A DNA stretch of 64,000 bases from a virus. Both the position numbers and the translations under genes were made by a program. The notes below the pieces were generated by a model. The model was not told where the DNA came from, searched no databases, and saw nothing but the letters and a program-made list of their open reading frames with translations. Positions 51,211-60,455 of the stretch are shown one piece after another; positions within the stretch are counted from its first letter, which is position 1, and each line of letters starts with the position of its first letter. The stretch is taken from the IMG/VR virus record IMGVR_UViG_3300045999_011383; one strand, 5' to 3'.

Positions 51211-52548
51211 ATGTTTACTCAAGAAACTTTAGTACCGCCTCAAAGCATTGAGGCTGAAGAAGCTATTTTAGGCGGAATCTTACTAGATCCCGAAGCGATC
51301 GCGCGAGTATCTGATCTCTTACCCTCTGAAGGGTTCTATGTTGATGCACACGCAGTCATTTATAAGGCTGCTTTACACCTTCATGCTCAACACAAACCTA
51401 CAGATTTATTGTCTATGGCTAATTACTTAGCCGATAATGAACAACTAACAAGAGTTGGCGGTAGAAATAAATTAGCCACTTTAATAGACCGTACCGTTTC
51501 GGCTGTTAATATTGACGCTTTAGCAGGGTTGGTTGTGGAAAAATACCAGCGACGACAGCTAATTAAGACCCTTAATGAGTCATTAAGAATAGCATGGGAT
51601 GCTTCTTTGTCTGTCCATGAAGCCGTTGAAGAGTGTCAACGGAAGATTCTGGACATAAGCACTACCGAAGCAAAGTCAGAATTAGTCCATATCAGCAGTG
51701 CCGTTACTTCTTTGTACACAGAGAAGTATGAAATCCAAAAAGGGGAACGACCCGCCCCTATCAAGACGGGATTTTATGATCTGGACAACCGATTAGGAGG
51801 GTTGCATAAAAAATTACTTTACATCTTGGCTGGGAGGCCAAGCATGGGTAAAACCGCTTGTGCTATGGCGATCGCCTGGCACGTTGCTAACTCTTTAAAG
51901 GAAAATGTTTTTGTATTTTCCCTGGAAACATCTAAGGAAGATTTAGCGGTTAGGTTAGCCGCTAAGATCACCCGAACCTGTCTGAACCAGTTCGTAAAAA
52001 ACCAACTCACTCAAAACGAGTGGAATGAGTTTTTCAATTTAACTCAGTCGCAAATATTGGCTGATTCAAGGCTGTTTGTTTGTGACAATTTCAGTATTTC
52101 TCCTATGGAAATGAGAAATACAATTAGGCAAAAAAGAGCCAGGACTGGGGACGTGGGACTGATTGTGGTTGATCACCTCACCCTGCTTGCTAGGAATGAC
52201 AAGTCCAATGGCAGGGACTTTCGGATCAAAGTTGGCGACACCAGCCGAATGCTCAAGGAATTAGCGGGAGAACTTAATTGTCCGGTGCTGGCTTTGTCTC
52301 AATTGAATCGAGCCACTGAAAGCCGGACAGACAAGAGGCCTACCATGGGTGACTTATCCGAAAGCGGGAACATTGAGCAAGATGCAGACGCTATCACGAT
52401 GATCTATCGTGATGAATACTACAATAAAGAAACCACAGACGTAGGTGTAGCTGAATTGATTACCACAAAGGCACGTAACGCCGAAACGGGAACAGACAGG
52501 TTGCTGTTTGATGGCCAGTATTCAGAGTTTAAGAACTTAGCTTACTAG
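51211..52548 (+). CDS. dnaB: replicative DNA helicase
   Basis: PQSIEAEEAILGGILLDPEA N-terminus, Walker A AGRPSMGKTA, Walker B LIVVDHL and ALSQLNR are typical DnaB. Confidence 0.95.
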   Translation: MFTQETLVPPQSIEAEEAILGGILLDPEAIARVSDLLPSEGFYVDAHAVIYKAALHLHAQHKPTDLLSMANYLADNEQLTRVGGRNKLATLIDRTVSAVNIDALAGLVVEKYQRRQLIKTLNESLRIAWDASLSVHEAVEECQRKILDISTTEAKSELVHISSAVTSLYTEKYEIQKGERPAPIKTGFYDLDNRLGGLHKKLLYILAGRPSMGKTACAMAIAWHVANSLKENVFVFSLETSKEDLAVRLAAKITRTCLNQFVKNQLTQNEWNEFFNLTQSQILADSRLFVCDNFSISPMEMRNTIRQKRARTGDVGLIVVDHLTLLARNDKSNGRDFRIKVGDTSRMLKELAGELNCPVLALSQLNRATESRTDKRPTMGDLSESGNIEQDADAITMIYRDEYYNKETTDVGVAELITTKARNAETGTDRLLFDGQYSEFKNLAY

Positions 52549-52709
52549 TACATCAATAAAAGTAAATAATTACCAATTACCCACTTTGGTATAAGTGGGT
52601 AATTTTATTTGTACATCTATAAACATATTTTTATTCCTATAGGCATTTAACATTTGATTTTATCATGCTAGATTGATTGTATCCATACACAATCACAAAG
52701 CGAGAATTT

Positions 52710-52916
52710 ATGAGCGGAAAGCCAAAATACGGTGAGGTCAAGATTCCTAAGCAAATCATGATTACTAATGACGCTAAACAAATCTATCGTGCTTATGCAC
52801 GCTCTATAGGCACTAACAACAATGACTTAATTGAGCAAATGGCGCGAAACCCTGATGTATTAAGGGGTTTAGCCGATTTTGTGGAAAACAGAAAAAAGTT
52901 TTCCAAAACCACTTGA
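52710..52916 (+). CDS. small regulator-like protein, paralog of 46483..46689
   Basis: Trimmed from the TTG at 52677 to the ATG at 52710. Confidence 0.5.
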   Translation: MSGKPKYGEVKIPKQIMITNDAKQIYRAYARSIGTNNNDLIEQMARNPDVLRGLADFVENRKKFSKTT

Positions 52917-53024
52917 CACTTCCATCTTGTAATGATATTATAGATATATAAACAAAAACGACCGCCCCTCCGACCAAGAAGTAAGCAGCCGTTTTGTTAG
53001 TCCCATACACAGGAATAACTTATC

Positions 53025-53831
53025 ATGACACATCCAAAGTATTCTGTCAAGTTTTTACTCAAGAAAGGAATTAGCTACTGTAAGATGGTAGCTAAAGATT
53101 TAGGTGTCATCCCAGAGGGTGACAAAAGACAATCGTTCACCTGGGCTGATGCCATAGTCAGTCACCAGGCTAATTTACAGCCTGAAAAAGTTGAAAAACA
53201 GCAGGTTGTTATTGAATACATCAAAGGTTTGACAACCTGCGACTTGGCAGCGTATGTCGTCAAAGATTTGGATGGAAACATCATAAGAGACGATTTCCGC
53301 ACTTACGCAGCCGCAGAGCGATGGGCTGCTAGTAGATTTGAAGTCATAGACCGAGAGACTTTTGTCCAGCAAAAGATTATTGATCTTCTTGAAAATCAAA
53401 TTCAAGAAACAAAAGAAAAGATAATAATTCATGAAATAGACTTCGGTTACGCTGAAGTCCGCAGAGGACAAGACGTTGTGGCCACTATTAGCCATAACTT
53501 TGACAATGGTAGCTGGGAAGTCCAGTTAAAAGGGCGATTTGAAAGCTTTTTGACTTACGCAGAGGCGGAAGCCTTTGCAATTAATTACATAGATGAGCGG
53601 GGTAGTGGTAGGGTTATGCCGCTAAAAAAAGAACCAAATTATACCCTCGAAGATCAGCAGATCAGTGATCCGCTCGGTGAGCGCTACACCGTTCGCCTTA
53701 AAGGACATTTAGCCGGGAATATCTGGCTTGACATTAATAAGGGATGGACATTGGGTAGTAGTCACTACTACCCAGAGCCTTTGGCGGCTGCCAAAGCACT
53801 AGCAAAACTAACAAGAAAGGAATTAGTGTGA
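53025..53831 (+). CDS. hypothetical protein (268 aa)
   Basis: Long ORF. Confidence 0.55.
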   Translation: MTHPKYSVKFLLKKGISYCKMVAKDLGVIPEGDKRQSFTWADAIVSHQANLQPEKVEKQQVVIEYIKGLTTCDLAAYVVKDLDGNIIRDDFRTYAAAERWAASRFEVIDRETFVQQKIIDLLENQIQETKEKIIIHEIDFGYAEVRRGQDVVATISHNFDNGSWEVQLKGRFESFLTYAEAEAFAINYIDERGSGRVMPLKKEPNYTLEDQQISDPLGERYTVRLKGHLAGNIWLDINKGWTLGSSHYYPEPLAAAKALAKLTRKELV

Positions 53832-53995
53832 TGATAACAAAAACGAGGGCTTATCAAGAAGCTCTGCAAAATGCAGGAATAAATGAAAATTTAGCCCGTA
53901 ATGCAGCCGTCGTGCTACGCGTTGACGAGTTTGGAAAACCCCGTACAGAGAGGGGTCAAAGGGTTATAGACAAACTACACAACAGTGCTAAATGA
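53831..53995 (+). CDS. 54-aa mini-protein
   Basis: The ATG shares one nt with the upstream TGA (TGATG). Below the track cutoff. Confidence 0.35.
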   Translation: MITKTRAYQEALQNAGINENLARNAAVVLRVDEFGKPRTERGQRVIDKLHNSAK

Positions 53996-54222
53996 GATTA
54001 TTCAACTTATGTGATGAGACTTTTGTTCTCATCATAAAAACAGTGAAACTACTGGGAATAGTGGTATACTATCCAGTAGTTCTAAGCTCCAAAGAACCCT
54101 TTCTTTACGAGCAATATCAGAGGACAAAAGACTCTGATTACCTTCCTTTTTAATCCGAAGGCTGGGTGCGATGCCTTTATATCCGCACACTTGAAACAAT
54201 TAAAGGACTAATCAAGGAACAC

Positions 54223-55365
54223 ATGGCTACACTATTGGAACAATTCAAAGATCACACTATTGCATCAACTCAAATACCTTATTGTCAAATAATTTCCCCG
54301 CCCAACCTGGTTGCGGGCAAACTCTCTAAATGGGAGAATTTAATAGGCGAAATAGGCTTTTTTATTAAAGCCACAGAAGCTGAAAAAGCTGGATTTATGC
54401 CAGATGATACTTGGCAGCCCTACGAAGCTTCCCTGGGGTCTGGGACTGAAGTTGGTTTTATCACGCAGTCTCCAAAGTTTGCCATTATTCATAAGTCAAA
54501 CCGAGAAATTCAATATCGTCCATCAAAAGACGATAGATACACCTTCGTAGGTTTGGCCTGGGAAAATGGCGCAGAAACGCCATTACTAGCAACCGCCAAA
54601 GCAGACAAAAACCACTATAAAGTGGTTGTTAGGCATCTTGTGCTTTTTTTAGGCAAAGATGATAAACCTCTGCACACCAGTCCAATTCAATACACTGCAA
54701 AAGGGGCGTTTGCTGCGTCTTTATATGCAGAAACAAAAGACCTTTATGAAAAGGTAGGCAAAACTTATTTTGCCAGACTTAAAATGGCTGGTAAGCCTTG
54801 TTCAGGTGGATTACTGTCGCCTTTCGCCTTGGCTTTTGTTAAAATTAATATGGAAATCGGATTCCAGCGCAACCATGAAAAAGAATCTCCGTTTTGCATA
54901 CCTGTAGGGATAAAAATCCCTACAGTAGAGAACATTGGGATCTCGACGGAGTTTTACCGGAAAGCCGGAAATAGAAAAATTGTGTTTACTGGAGTCCCAT
55001 TAGAGGACGTACTGTTGTCAATGTCCTCTGAAGCAGGAAAAGTAATAGCTCAGTGGTATTCTGAGCATCAATCATTTTCCAAGCCACGCAAAGAAATTCA
55101 AGTTTTTGAAGGCTGTGTTGAGTTTTCTCAAATATTAAAAAACGACTCAACAGGGGTTTTAGCCCTTTCCAAAGAAAACAAAAAATTTAATATTCCTGAA
55201 AATCTAGCCCACATTGCCATGGGCGGAAAGTGGGAAGTTATGGGGACCGTTGATGGTGATACAGTTATCGTCAAAACCGCAGAAGCGTTTGACGATGGTT
55301 ACAGCCCTTTTGTTAAATCAGAATTTGCTGATGAATCAACGGCAGAAGATGATTACGGATTTTAG
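54223..55365 (+). CDS. hypothetical protein with acidic C-terminus ending DDYGF (possible ssDNA-binding/annealing role, speculative)
   Basis: Trimmed from the GTG at 54166 to the ATG at 54223 (AAGGA upstream). Tail reads FADESTAEDDYGF. Confidence 0.5.
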   Translation: MATLLEQFKDHTIASTQIPYCQIISPPNLVAGKLSKWENLIGEIGFFIKATEAEKAGFMPDDTWQPYEASLGSGTEVGFITQSPKFAIIHKSNREIQYRPSKDDRYTFVGLAWENGAETPLLATAKADKNHYKVVVRHLVLFLGKDDKPLHTSPIQYTAKGAFAASLYAETKDLYEKVGKTYFARLKMAGKPCSGGLLSPFALAFVKINMEIGFQRNHEKESPFCIPVGIKIPTVENIGISTEFYRKAGNRKIVFTGVPLEDVLLSMSSEAGKVIAQWYSEHQSFSKPRKEIQVFEGCVEFSQILKNDSTGVLALSKENKKFNIPENLAHIAMGGKWEVMGTVDGDTVIVKTAEAFDDGYSPFVKSEFADESTAEDDYGF

Positions 55366-55418
55366 TTAAATTTAAATCATGTGATTGCACCCCAACGCGA
55401 TCGCATGATTGGTAAAAA

Positions 55419-55649
55419 ATGCAAGAAAGGAACAAGATGAAAATATACCGACTTGACGAAAGCGTACCCAAGCCCGATTGGTGGCGCGAAGAAGACAACC
55501 TGAATGGGAGTAACCCAAAGAAAAAGATATGGGTTGAAGAAGCCGTCATGATTTTCGGGCAAATAGTTTACACCGAAAAATATAAATTGATATCCCGAAA
55601 AGAATGGAAGCGAAATGAAAAACATCGCCAACATAAAAACAGGTATTGA
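55419..55649 (+). CDS. small basic protein (76 aa)
   Basis: Plus-strand context. Two antisense ORFs over the same DNA were rejected. Confidence 0.35.
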   Translation: MQERNKMKIYRLDESVPKPDWWREEDNLNGSNPKKKIWVEEAVMIFGQIVYTEKYKLISRKEWKRNEKHRQHKNRY

Positions 55650-55667
55650 ATAGGGAAACAAAGCTTA

Positions 55668-55738
55668 AATTAATCATGCGATCGCGTGATTGGTAAAGAG
55701 GGAAAAACAGTGATCGCTCTTTTGTTGGGCGATCGCAC
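55668..55738. repeat. HIP1-containing intergenic repeat, copy B1
   Basis: aaattaatcatgcgatcgcgtgattggtaaagagggaaaaacagtgatcgctcttttgttgggcgatcgcac. Confidence 0.65.
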
Positions 55739-55756
55739 TACCAGGAGAAAGCAAAA

Positions 55757-56023
55757 ATGATTGACATTGAAGAATTAATTTCATTTGACAATTACAAAAC
55801 AGTGGGATATTACACTAGATCCCATGCAGACAAAAACTTTTTCTTAGAAGCTTTACTGAAGGAAAATGATTTCAACAAAGAGCCGGAGGTAAGTGATGTC
55901 AAACATGAATACTGGAAAATTGATGAGGAAATAGACGATGATTTAAAAGAATATTATTCTTTATCAGAGGAAGAAGATCCTCACTCATTCCCAATCACTG
56001 TGATTTATTTAGATCACCACTAG
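55757..56023 (+). CDS. hypothetical acidic protein (88 aa)
   Basis: ORF between repeat junctions. Confidence 0.45.
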   Translation: MIDIEELISFDNYKTVGYYTRSHADKNFFLEALLKENDFNKEPEVSDVKHEYWKIDEEIDDDLKEYYSLSEEEDPHSFPITVIYLDHH

Positions 56024-56096
56024 TAAAACTGAAAAGCAGAGACAACTATGGCTAGTACAAAAACAGGTATTGAATGAACAGGATTGGAGATTGAAC

Positions 56097-56459
56097 ATGA
56101 ACATTGACTTAATAGAGCAAACCATTAAATCGAGTCTGAGTTTTTACAGCACGGTCTTGAGTCCTGAGTTCGCCTCAAATAGCCAAGACCCTAATCATTC
56201 AATAAAGTTAAACTTGGTTAGAGAAGCTTTAGCCCTAAAAGCTGAAGCTGAATCTGAAAATATTGCTTGGGAAACAGCAGTGTTGATGATGGATGTTTAC
56301 AAGGCAAGAAAGACTTATTCCAGAAGCGATGAAGACGATTTTTTATTCAGTCTTCTGATGCTGAAGATGGGAAACGAACTGGGAATAAGTGTGGTATTAA
56401 GTTTTGCCCCTAACGTTATTTCGATTGCCAAACTATACAATAATAAGGAGTTGTACTAA
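56097..56459 (+). CDS. hypothetical protein
   Basis: Trimmed from the TTG at 56070 to the ATG at 56097. Confidence 0.45.
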   Translation: MNIDLIEQTIKSSLSFYSTVLSPEFASNSQDPNHSIKLNLVREALALKAEAESENIAWETAVLMMDVYKARKTYSRSDEDDFLFSLLMLKMGNELGISVVLSFAPNVISIAKLYNNKELY

Positions 56460-56803
56460 TGTACAATTTACAGGACATTCCGCATTACGAACGCTCAGTG
56501 CTTTATCATATCATTAAAATAAGTTTAAATGAGCAAATAGTATTAATGGATAAAGAGGCAACTTCAGAAAGATGGAATTTCATAAAACTCCATTATCAAG
56601 TTTTGGAGAAATTAACTGACATCACCTCTCCGTTAATGGTTGTTCAAGAGGAACTGGATTTCATGGTATTTATCGGGCGAATACTGGTGAACACTAGCTC
56701 ACCAGTATTAGAGCAAAATAGACGATTAGTGTCTATGTTTGTTACGAAATGGACTTCTCGTGACTGGCTTCAAAGCCAAGCGAAAAAAGCATTTAGTGTA
56801 TAA
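56459..56803 (+). CDS. hypothetical protein (114 aa)
   Basis: TAATG overlap with the upstream gene. Confidence 0.45.
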   Translation: MYNLQDIPHYERSVLYHIIKISLNEQIVLMDKEATSERWNFIKLHYQVLEKLTDITSPLMVVQEELDFMVFIGRILVNTSSPVLEQNRRLVSMFVTKWTSRDWLQSQAKKAFSV

Positions 56804-56812
56804 GAGACAAAA

Positions 56813-56900
56813 CTTAAAATGATTATGCGATCGCACAACGTGATCGCGTGATTAGTAAAGAGGAAAAAACAGTGATCGCTCTTTTGTTGGGCGATCGCGC
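56813..56900. repeat. HIP1-containing intergenic repeat, copy B2
   Basis: ..gcgatcgcgtgattagtaaagaggaaaaaacagtgatcgctcttttgttgggcgatcgcgc. A third, partial copy lies at 55366-55422. Confidence 0.65.
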
Positions 56901-56920
56901 TCACAGCAACCAAGGAAAGA

Positions 56921-57115
56921 ATGCAGTATATTGGATACCTTTTGATTGGCGATGAAAAAATAAAAGTTGTTGTTAAGCAAGGGAAGGCGTATCGCTCTTT
57001 AAAAATTAGACAATCTGGAGCAGACGGTGATTTTTTAGCTAATGAAAGTGATCAGTTTTCTAATTATCCCTCTCTGATCAGGGAGCTAAAAATGGGAAGG
57101 CAGATTTCAGTTTAA
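56921..57115 (+). CDS. hypothetical protein (64 aa)
   Basis: ORF between repeat B2 and the gp37/68 gene. Confidence 0.4.
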   Translation: MQYIGYLLIGDEKIKVVVKQGKAYRSLKIRQSGADGDFLANESDQFSNYPSLIRELKMGRQISV

Positions 57116-57136
57116 AAATAAGTTAACAGAGGTAAT

Positions 57137-57895
57137 ATGGCTAGTGTAAATACAGGCATTGAATGGACAGATAAAACCTGGAATCCTACCACAGGTTGCG
57201 ACAAAGTTAGCCCAGGTTGCTTACATTGTTACGCAGAGACTTTAACTAACCGATTCCCCAAATCTTTTCCTTATGGATTTGATTTAACGCTATATCCAGA
57301 AAGACTGAAAGAGCCTTTAAAATGGCGTACTCCCAGTAGAATCTTTGTTAATAGCATGAGTGACTTATTCCACAAAAAAGTACCCTTAGATTTTATTCAA
57401 GAGGTCTTTAAAGTCATTCAGGCTACCCCTCACCATGTCTATCAAATATTAACAAAAAGACCGGAGCGATTAGTTGAATTATCACCACATCTAGAGTTTC
57501 ATAAAAATATCTGGTTAGGTGTATCAGTGGAAAATCAAAGTTATGTTTCTCGTATTGACTTACTGCGTCAAGTACCAGCAAATGTGCGGTTTCTGTCTTG
57601 TGAGCCATTGCTAGGTTCATTAAACCTTGACCTCACAGGCATTGATTGGGTCATTGTTGGTGGGGAATCTGGACAAAAACACCGTCCGATGAAAATTGAA
57701 TGGGCTGAAAGTATCCGTGATCAATGTCAAAAAGCAAAAGTAGCATTTTTCTTTAAACAAGTTGGTGGTAAAACTCCTAAGTCTGGAGGTAGTCTTTTAA
57801 GCGGACAATTGTTACAGCAAATGCCCGCTGCTTGGGAAAAACACCAAGCTACTGCTTGGCTTAAACAGCCTAAGCAAGTTGCTTTGTTTAACTAG
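57137..57895 (+). CDS. phage Gp37/Gp68-family protein (DUF5131)
   Basis: TGIEWTDKTWNPTTGCDKVSPGCLHCYAE ... FVNSMSDLFH ... VGGESG is the family signature. Confidence 0.85.
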   Translation: MASVNTGIEWTDKTWNPTTGCDKVSPGCLHCYAETLTNRFPKSFPYGFDLTLYPERLKEPLKWRTPSRIFVNSMSDLFHKKVPLDFIQEVFKVIQATPHHVYQILTKRPERLVELSPHLEFHKNIWLGVSVENQSYVSRIDLLRQVPANVRFLSCEPLLGSLNLDLTGIDWVIVGGESGQKHRPMKIEWAESIRDQCQKAKVAFFFKQVGGKTPKSGGSLLSGQLLQQMPAAWEKHQATAWLKQPKQVALFN

Positions 57896-57953
57896 TTCAA
57901 AAGGGTAGGTAGCCGCCAAGCAAAACCTACCCTATATCACACAGGAAGTGACC

Positions 57954-58082
57954 ATGAAAAAATACCAAATTCTATTGCTGTTAATAGCAACTTTAACAAT
58001 TTTTAACATTGCCAGTCCTGTACCGGCAGCCCGTGACGATCAGACGGGTGAGTGCATTAAAAAAGGTAAGTGTAAAGACTAA
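57954..58082 (+). CDS. 42-aa secreted mini-peptide
   Basis: MKKYQILLLLIATLTIFNIASPVPAARDDQTGECIKKGKCKD has a signal-like N-terminus. GGAAG lies upstream and a terminator immediately downstream. Confidence 0.4.
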   Translation: MKKYQILLLLIATLTIFNIASPVPAARDDQTGECIKKGKCKD

Positions 58083-58085
58083 TAC

Positions 58086-58112
58086 AAAACCCGCTAGTAG
58101 TAGCGGGTTTTT
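58086..58112 (+). terminator. rho-independent terminator
   Basis: aaaaCCCGCTAgtagTAGCGGGttttttt. Confidence 0.7.
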
Positions 58113-58123
58113 TTAATGATTAA

Positions 58124-58618
58124 TTACGGATTAGCGATCGCACTAATTTGATGTATGCGTTTTACTAGTAGTCCGTTGTCTATTTCCGCTTGCTGTTTTT
58201 CCAGTTCTAATGCGTTTAGTTGCTCGCTCAATTGTTTTAGCTGTAGTAGGGATTGTCCATACTTGTCCTGAGTTTCAAGTAAGTCTGTCTGTAATTTTTC
58301 CTTCTCAGATTGCAGTTCATTAATCTGCGTTTGTAGTTGCAGATTGTGTTTGAAGCTGATGATTCCCCTTACTTCATCTAAGCTGCAATCATAATTAGGG
58401 ACTACCCAAGATTCAATAGGAAGAAAAGCACCATCACGAGATAAAGAGTAGTCCACCAAAAATACCCTGTCTTGAGGTGTGGGTGGCAATTCAATGGTAA
58501 TTTGCCCTTCATTAATTTCATAGGTATTAATGCCCGCCGTTACCCCAAGAAATGGAATATTTGGCTTGAGTCTAACAAAGCCTCGCTGAATATCTAATGA
58601 CCCTGATATTTTGACCAT
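58124..58618 (-). CDS. tail-associated protein with C-terminal coiled coil
   Basis: LQLQTQINELQSEKEKLQTDLLETQDKYGQSLLQLKQLSEQLNALELEKQQ. Confidence 0.5.
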   Translation of the reverse strand: MVKISGSLDIQRGFVRLKPNIPFLGVTAGINTYEINEGQITIELPPTPQDRVFLVDYSLSRDGAFLPIESWVVPNYDCSLDEVRGIISFKHNLQLQTQINELQSEKEKLQTDLLETQDKYGQSLLQLKQLSEQLNALELEKQQAEIDNGLLVKRIHQISAIANP

Positions 58619-58619
58619 C

Positions 58620-59252
58620 TTAACCTCTTATCCTTGCAACTGCGGGGAAACCACCAAATTTAAGTGTGTGTCCATGATACTGCTTACACATCTCTAAATC
58701 CTTGCGACAGGCTCTTTTGTCCGGTGTCGTTGTTTGTCCAAAGATATCAAAATGTACATTAGTGGGTGCTTGGCAATCACCATCACTCAAAGTGTACTGA
58801 CATCTTTTAGAGTAAGTCCGGGCTGGTAGCTTTTTCCTTTCTAGGGAATAGGGAGAAAGGGCAAAGCTGAATTGATTTTGATACTCACCTGTATACTGAG
58901 ATATCTCTAGTAGGAGCGGAAAAAACTGACTACTATCTGCTGTGGGTTGTCCGTCTAAAAACATTGGTAATGTTTGTTTAACAATGACTTCAGCCTTAAT
59001 AACTTCGTGAGCATCAATAATGTCGCCTACTAATCCAGAAATATCGGATACAATCAAGGAAGTACGCGCCTCAACGCTTTCCCCACTTCTACCAAAGCTC
59101 CCTAGTTGACAGGGGTAGCCTTGGTAGAAAACACCGCCAAAGGATACCGAGCCATAATTGCAGATTTTAATATCAAAGTCATTGGTTTTGATTTGAATTA
59201 AATCAATTAAAACCTCAGAATCTAATGATTGGTTGGCTGCTATTAATGTCAT
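58620..59252 (-). CDS. lambda gpL-like minor tail (tail tip) protein
   Basis: VLIDLIQI....GGVFYQGYPCQLGSFGRSGE....SLIVSDISGLVG parallels gpL. The C-terminus has four Cys and ends KFGGFPAV. Confidence 0.65.
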   Translation of the reverse strand: MTLIAANQSLDSEVLIDLIQIKTNDFDIKICNYGSVSFGGVFYQGYPCQLGSFGRSGESVEARTSLIVSDISGLVGDIIDAHEVIKAEVIVKQTLPMFLDGQPTADSSQFFPLLLEISQYTGEYQNQFSFALSPYSLERKKLPARTYSKRCQYTLSDGDCQAPTNVHFDIFGQTTTPDKRACRKDLEMCKQYHGHTLKFGGFPAVARIRG

Positions 59253-59689
59253 GATTGCGATTTTAAATCCTCAATCTCGTGGACATAAACAACATCAAAA
59301 CCTGCTAATTCTACGTCACTTGTTTCTATAAAAGGTTGATAATTTGGGTCGGGTTCAGTGCGTTGCAATAAGGCAAAAATAGCATTAAAAGTTTCTTCTG
59401 AAATTAACTCACCTTCTTTCAAGATCGCAAGATTTGTTAATGCAAAATCAATTGATCTACTTTGGATTGATTCTACAAATCTTTCGTAGGTTTTTGTTTC
59501 TACAACTTTTATTGTATTCTCGTCAATCCCAATTTTAATTATGTCTTCCAGTGTGGGAACTATTGGTATTTGCTCCTGTGGTTTAGGGTTGGGAATTAAC
59601 TTTTTTTCATTCAATTTTCCAGTTAGTTCCCTGGCGGATAATTCAGGAAATTGTGCAATTTGAGAAAGTAGCCATTGTTGTTTTGTCAT
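59249..59689 (-). CDS. hypothetical tail-module protein (146 aa)
   Basis: ATGA overlap with the gpL-like gene. Confidence 0.5.
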   Translation of the reverse strand: MTKQQWLLSQIAQFPELSARELTGKLNEKKLIPNPKPQEQIPIVPTLEDIIKIGIDENTIKVVETKTYERFVESIQSRSIDFALTNLAILKEGELISEETFNAIFALLQRTEPDPNYQPFIETSDVELAGFDVVYVHEIEDLKSQS

Positions 59690-59701
59690 AGTTTTAAATT
59701 T

Positions 59702-60454
59702 TTAAATATATGGGGGTGAGAATTTAAAAGGATGGTTGTTTGCTAAGTTGTCGGCTGTACCCCACCTCCAAGCGAAGTAGCCCTCAATCTGCTGGCGGCT
59801 TGCAGTGGAGAGGGCAGACCTGATTAGCAAAAGTTCCGAAATGTTTGCGTCAAGAAATTGGGGGAACCAAGACCTCCTCCCAATTTCTATTGTGCTGTCA
59901 ATATTAGTGTTTATGATGTTTGGAGTCGCCGTTGTTTGCTGCAACAAAGTCCCATTTCTGTGTGCTTGTCTAATTCCAGCATCAAAAGTGTAGTTCTGTA
60001 TATCCGCGCTGGAAGTATAAGGGATATTAACTGGAGCAGTATTATTGATCCAAAAGGCTCCGCCCGACTCGATGCTAAATTGTGAACCGTTGTTACCGGC
60101 GGTATTGATTAGAGTCCCGGAAGTACCTCTTATGACGGTTGATACTGTCAAACCACTCAGTCCAGAAATTAAACCGCTCCACCCCGAAGAAGACAAAAAA
60201 TCATCCAAACCATCAAACGATAGGGATGGCTTTCCGTTTAGTCCATCAGGTGTGTATGTCGGCTGATTTGCTTTGGTTGCTTGTGTTGCGTGCCTGTTAT
60301 TTCCTGATATATCGCTCCACTGAGAAGCCGTTGTACCATCAAGAATTACGCTACCTGACTCCATTGTGCTAAACCATGCAGCAATATTAATTCCTGGTAT
60401 TTTGTCAGGAGTCAATAGCCTTCTCGTTATCACAATCAATTTACTATTTCTCAT
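59702..60454 (-). CDS. LamG/concanavalin-like domain tail fibre protein
   Basis: Trimmed to the ATG at 60454, just after the upstream stop. WSDISGNNRHATQATKANQPTYTPDGLNGKPSLSFDGLDDFL is a Laminin-G_3 signature. Confidence 0.6.
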   Translation of the reverse strand: MRNSKLIVITRRLLTPDKIPGINIAAWFSTMESGSVILDGTTASQWSDISGNNRHATQATKANQPTYTPDGLNGKPSLSFDGLDDFLSSSGWSGLISGLSGLTVSTVIRGTSGTLINTAGNNGSQFSIESGGAFWINNTAPVNIPYTSSADIQNYTFDAGIRQAHRNGTLLQQTTATPNIINTNIDSTIEIGRRSWFPQFLDANISELLLIRSALSTASRQQIEGYFAWRWGTADNLANNHPFKFSPPYI

Positions 60455-60455
60455 A

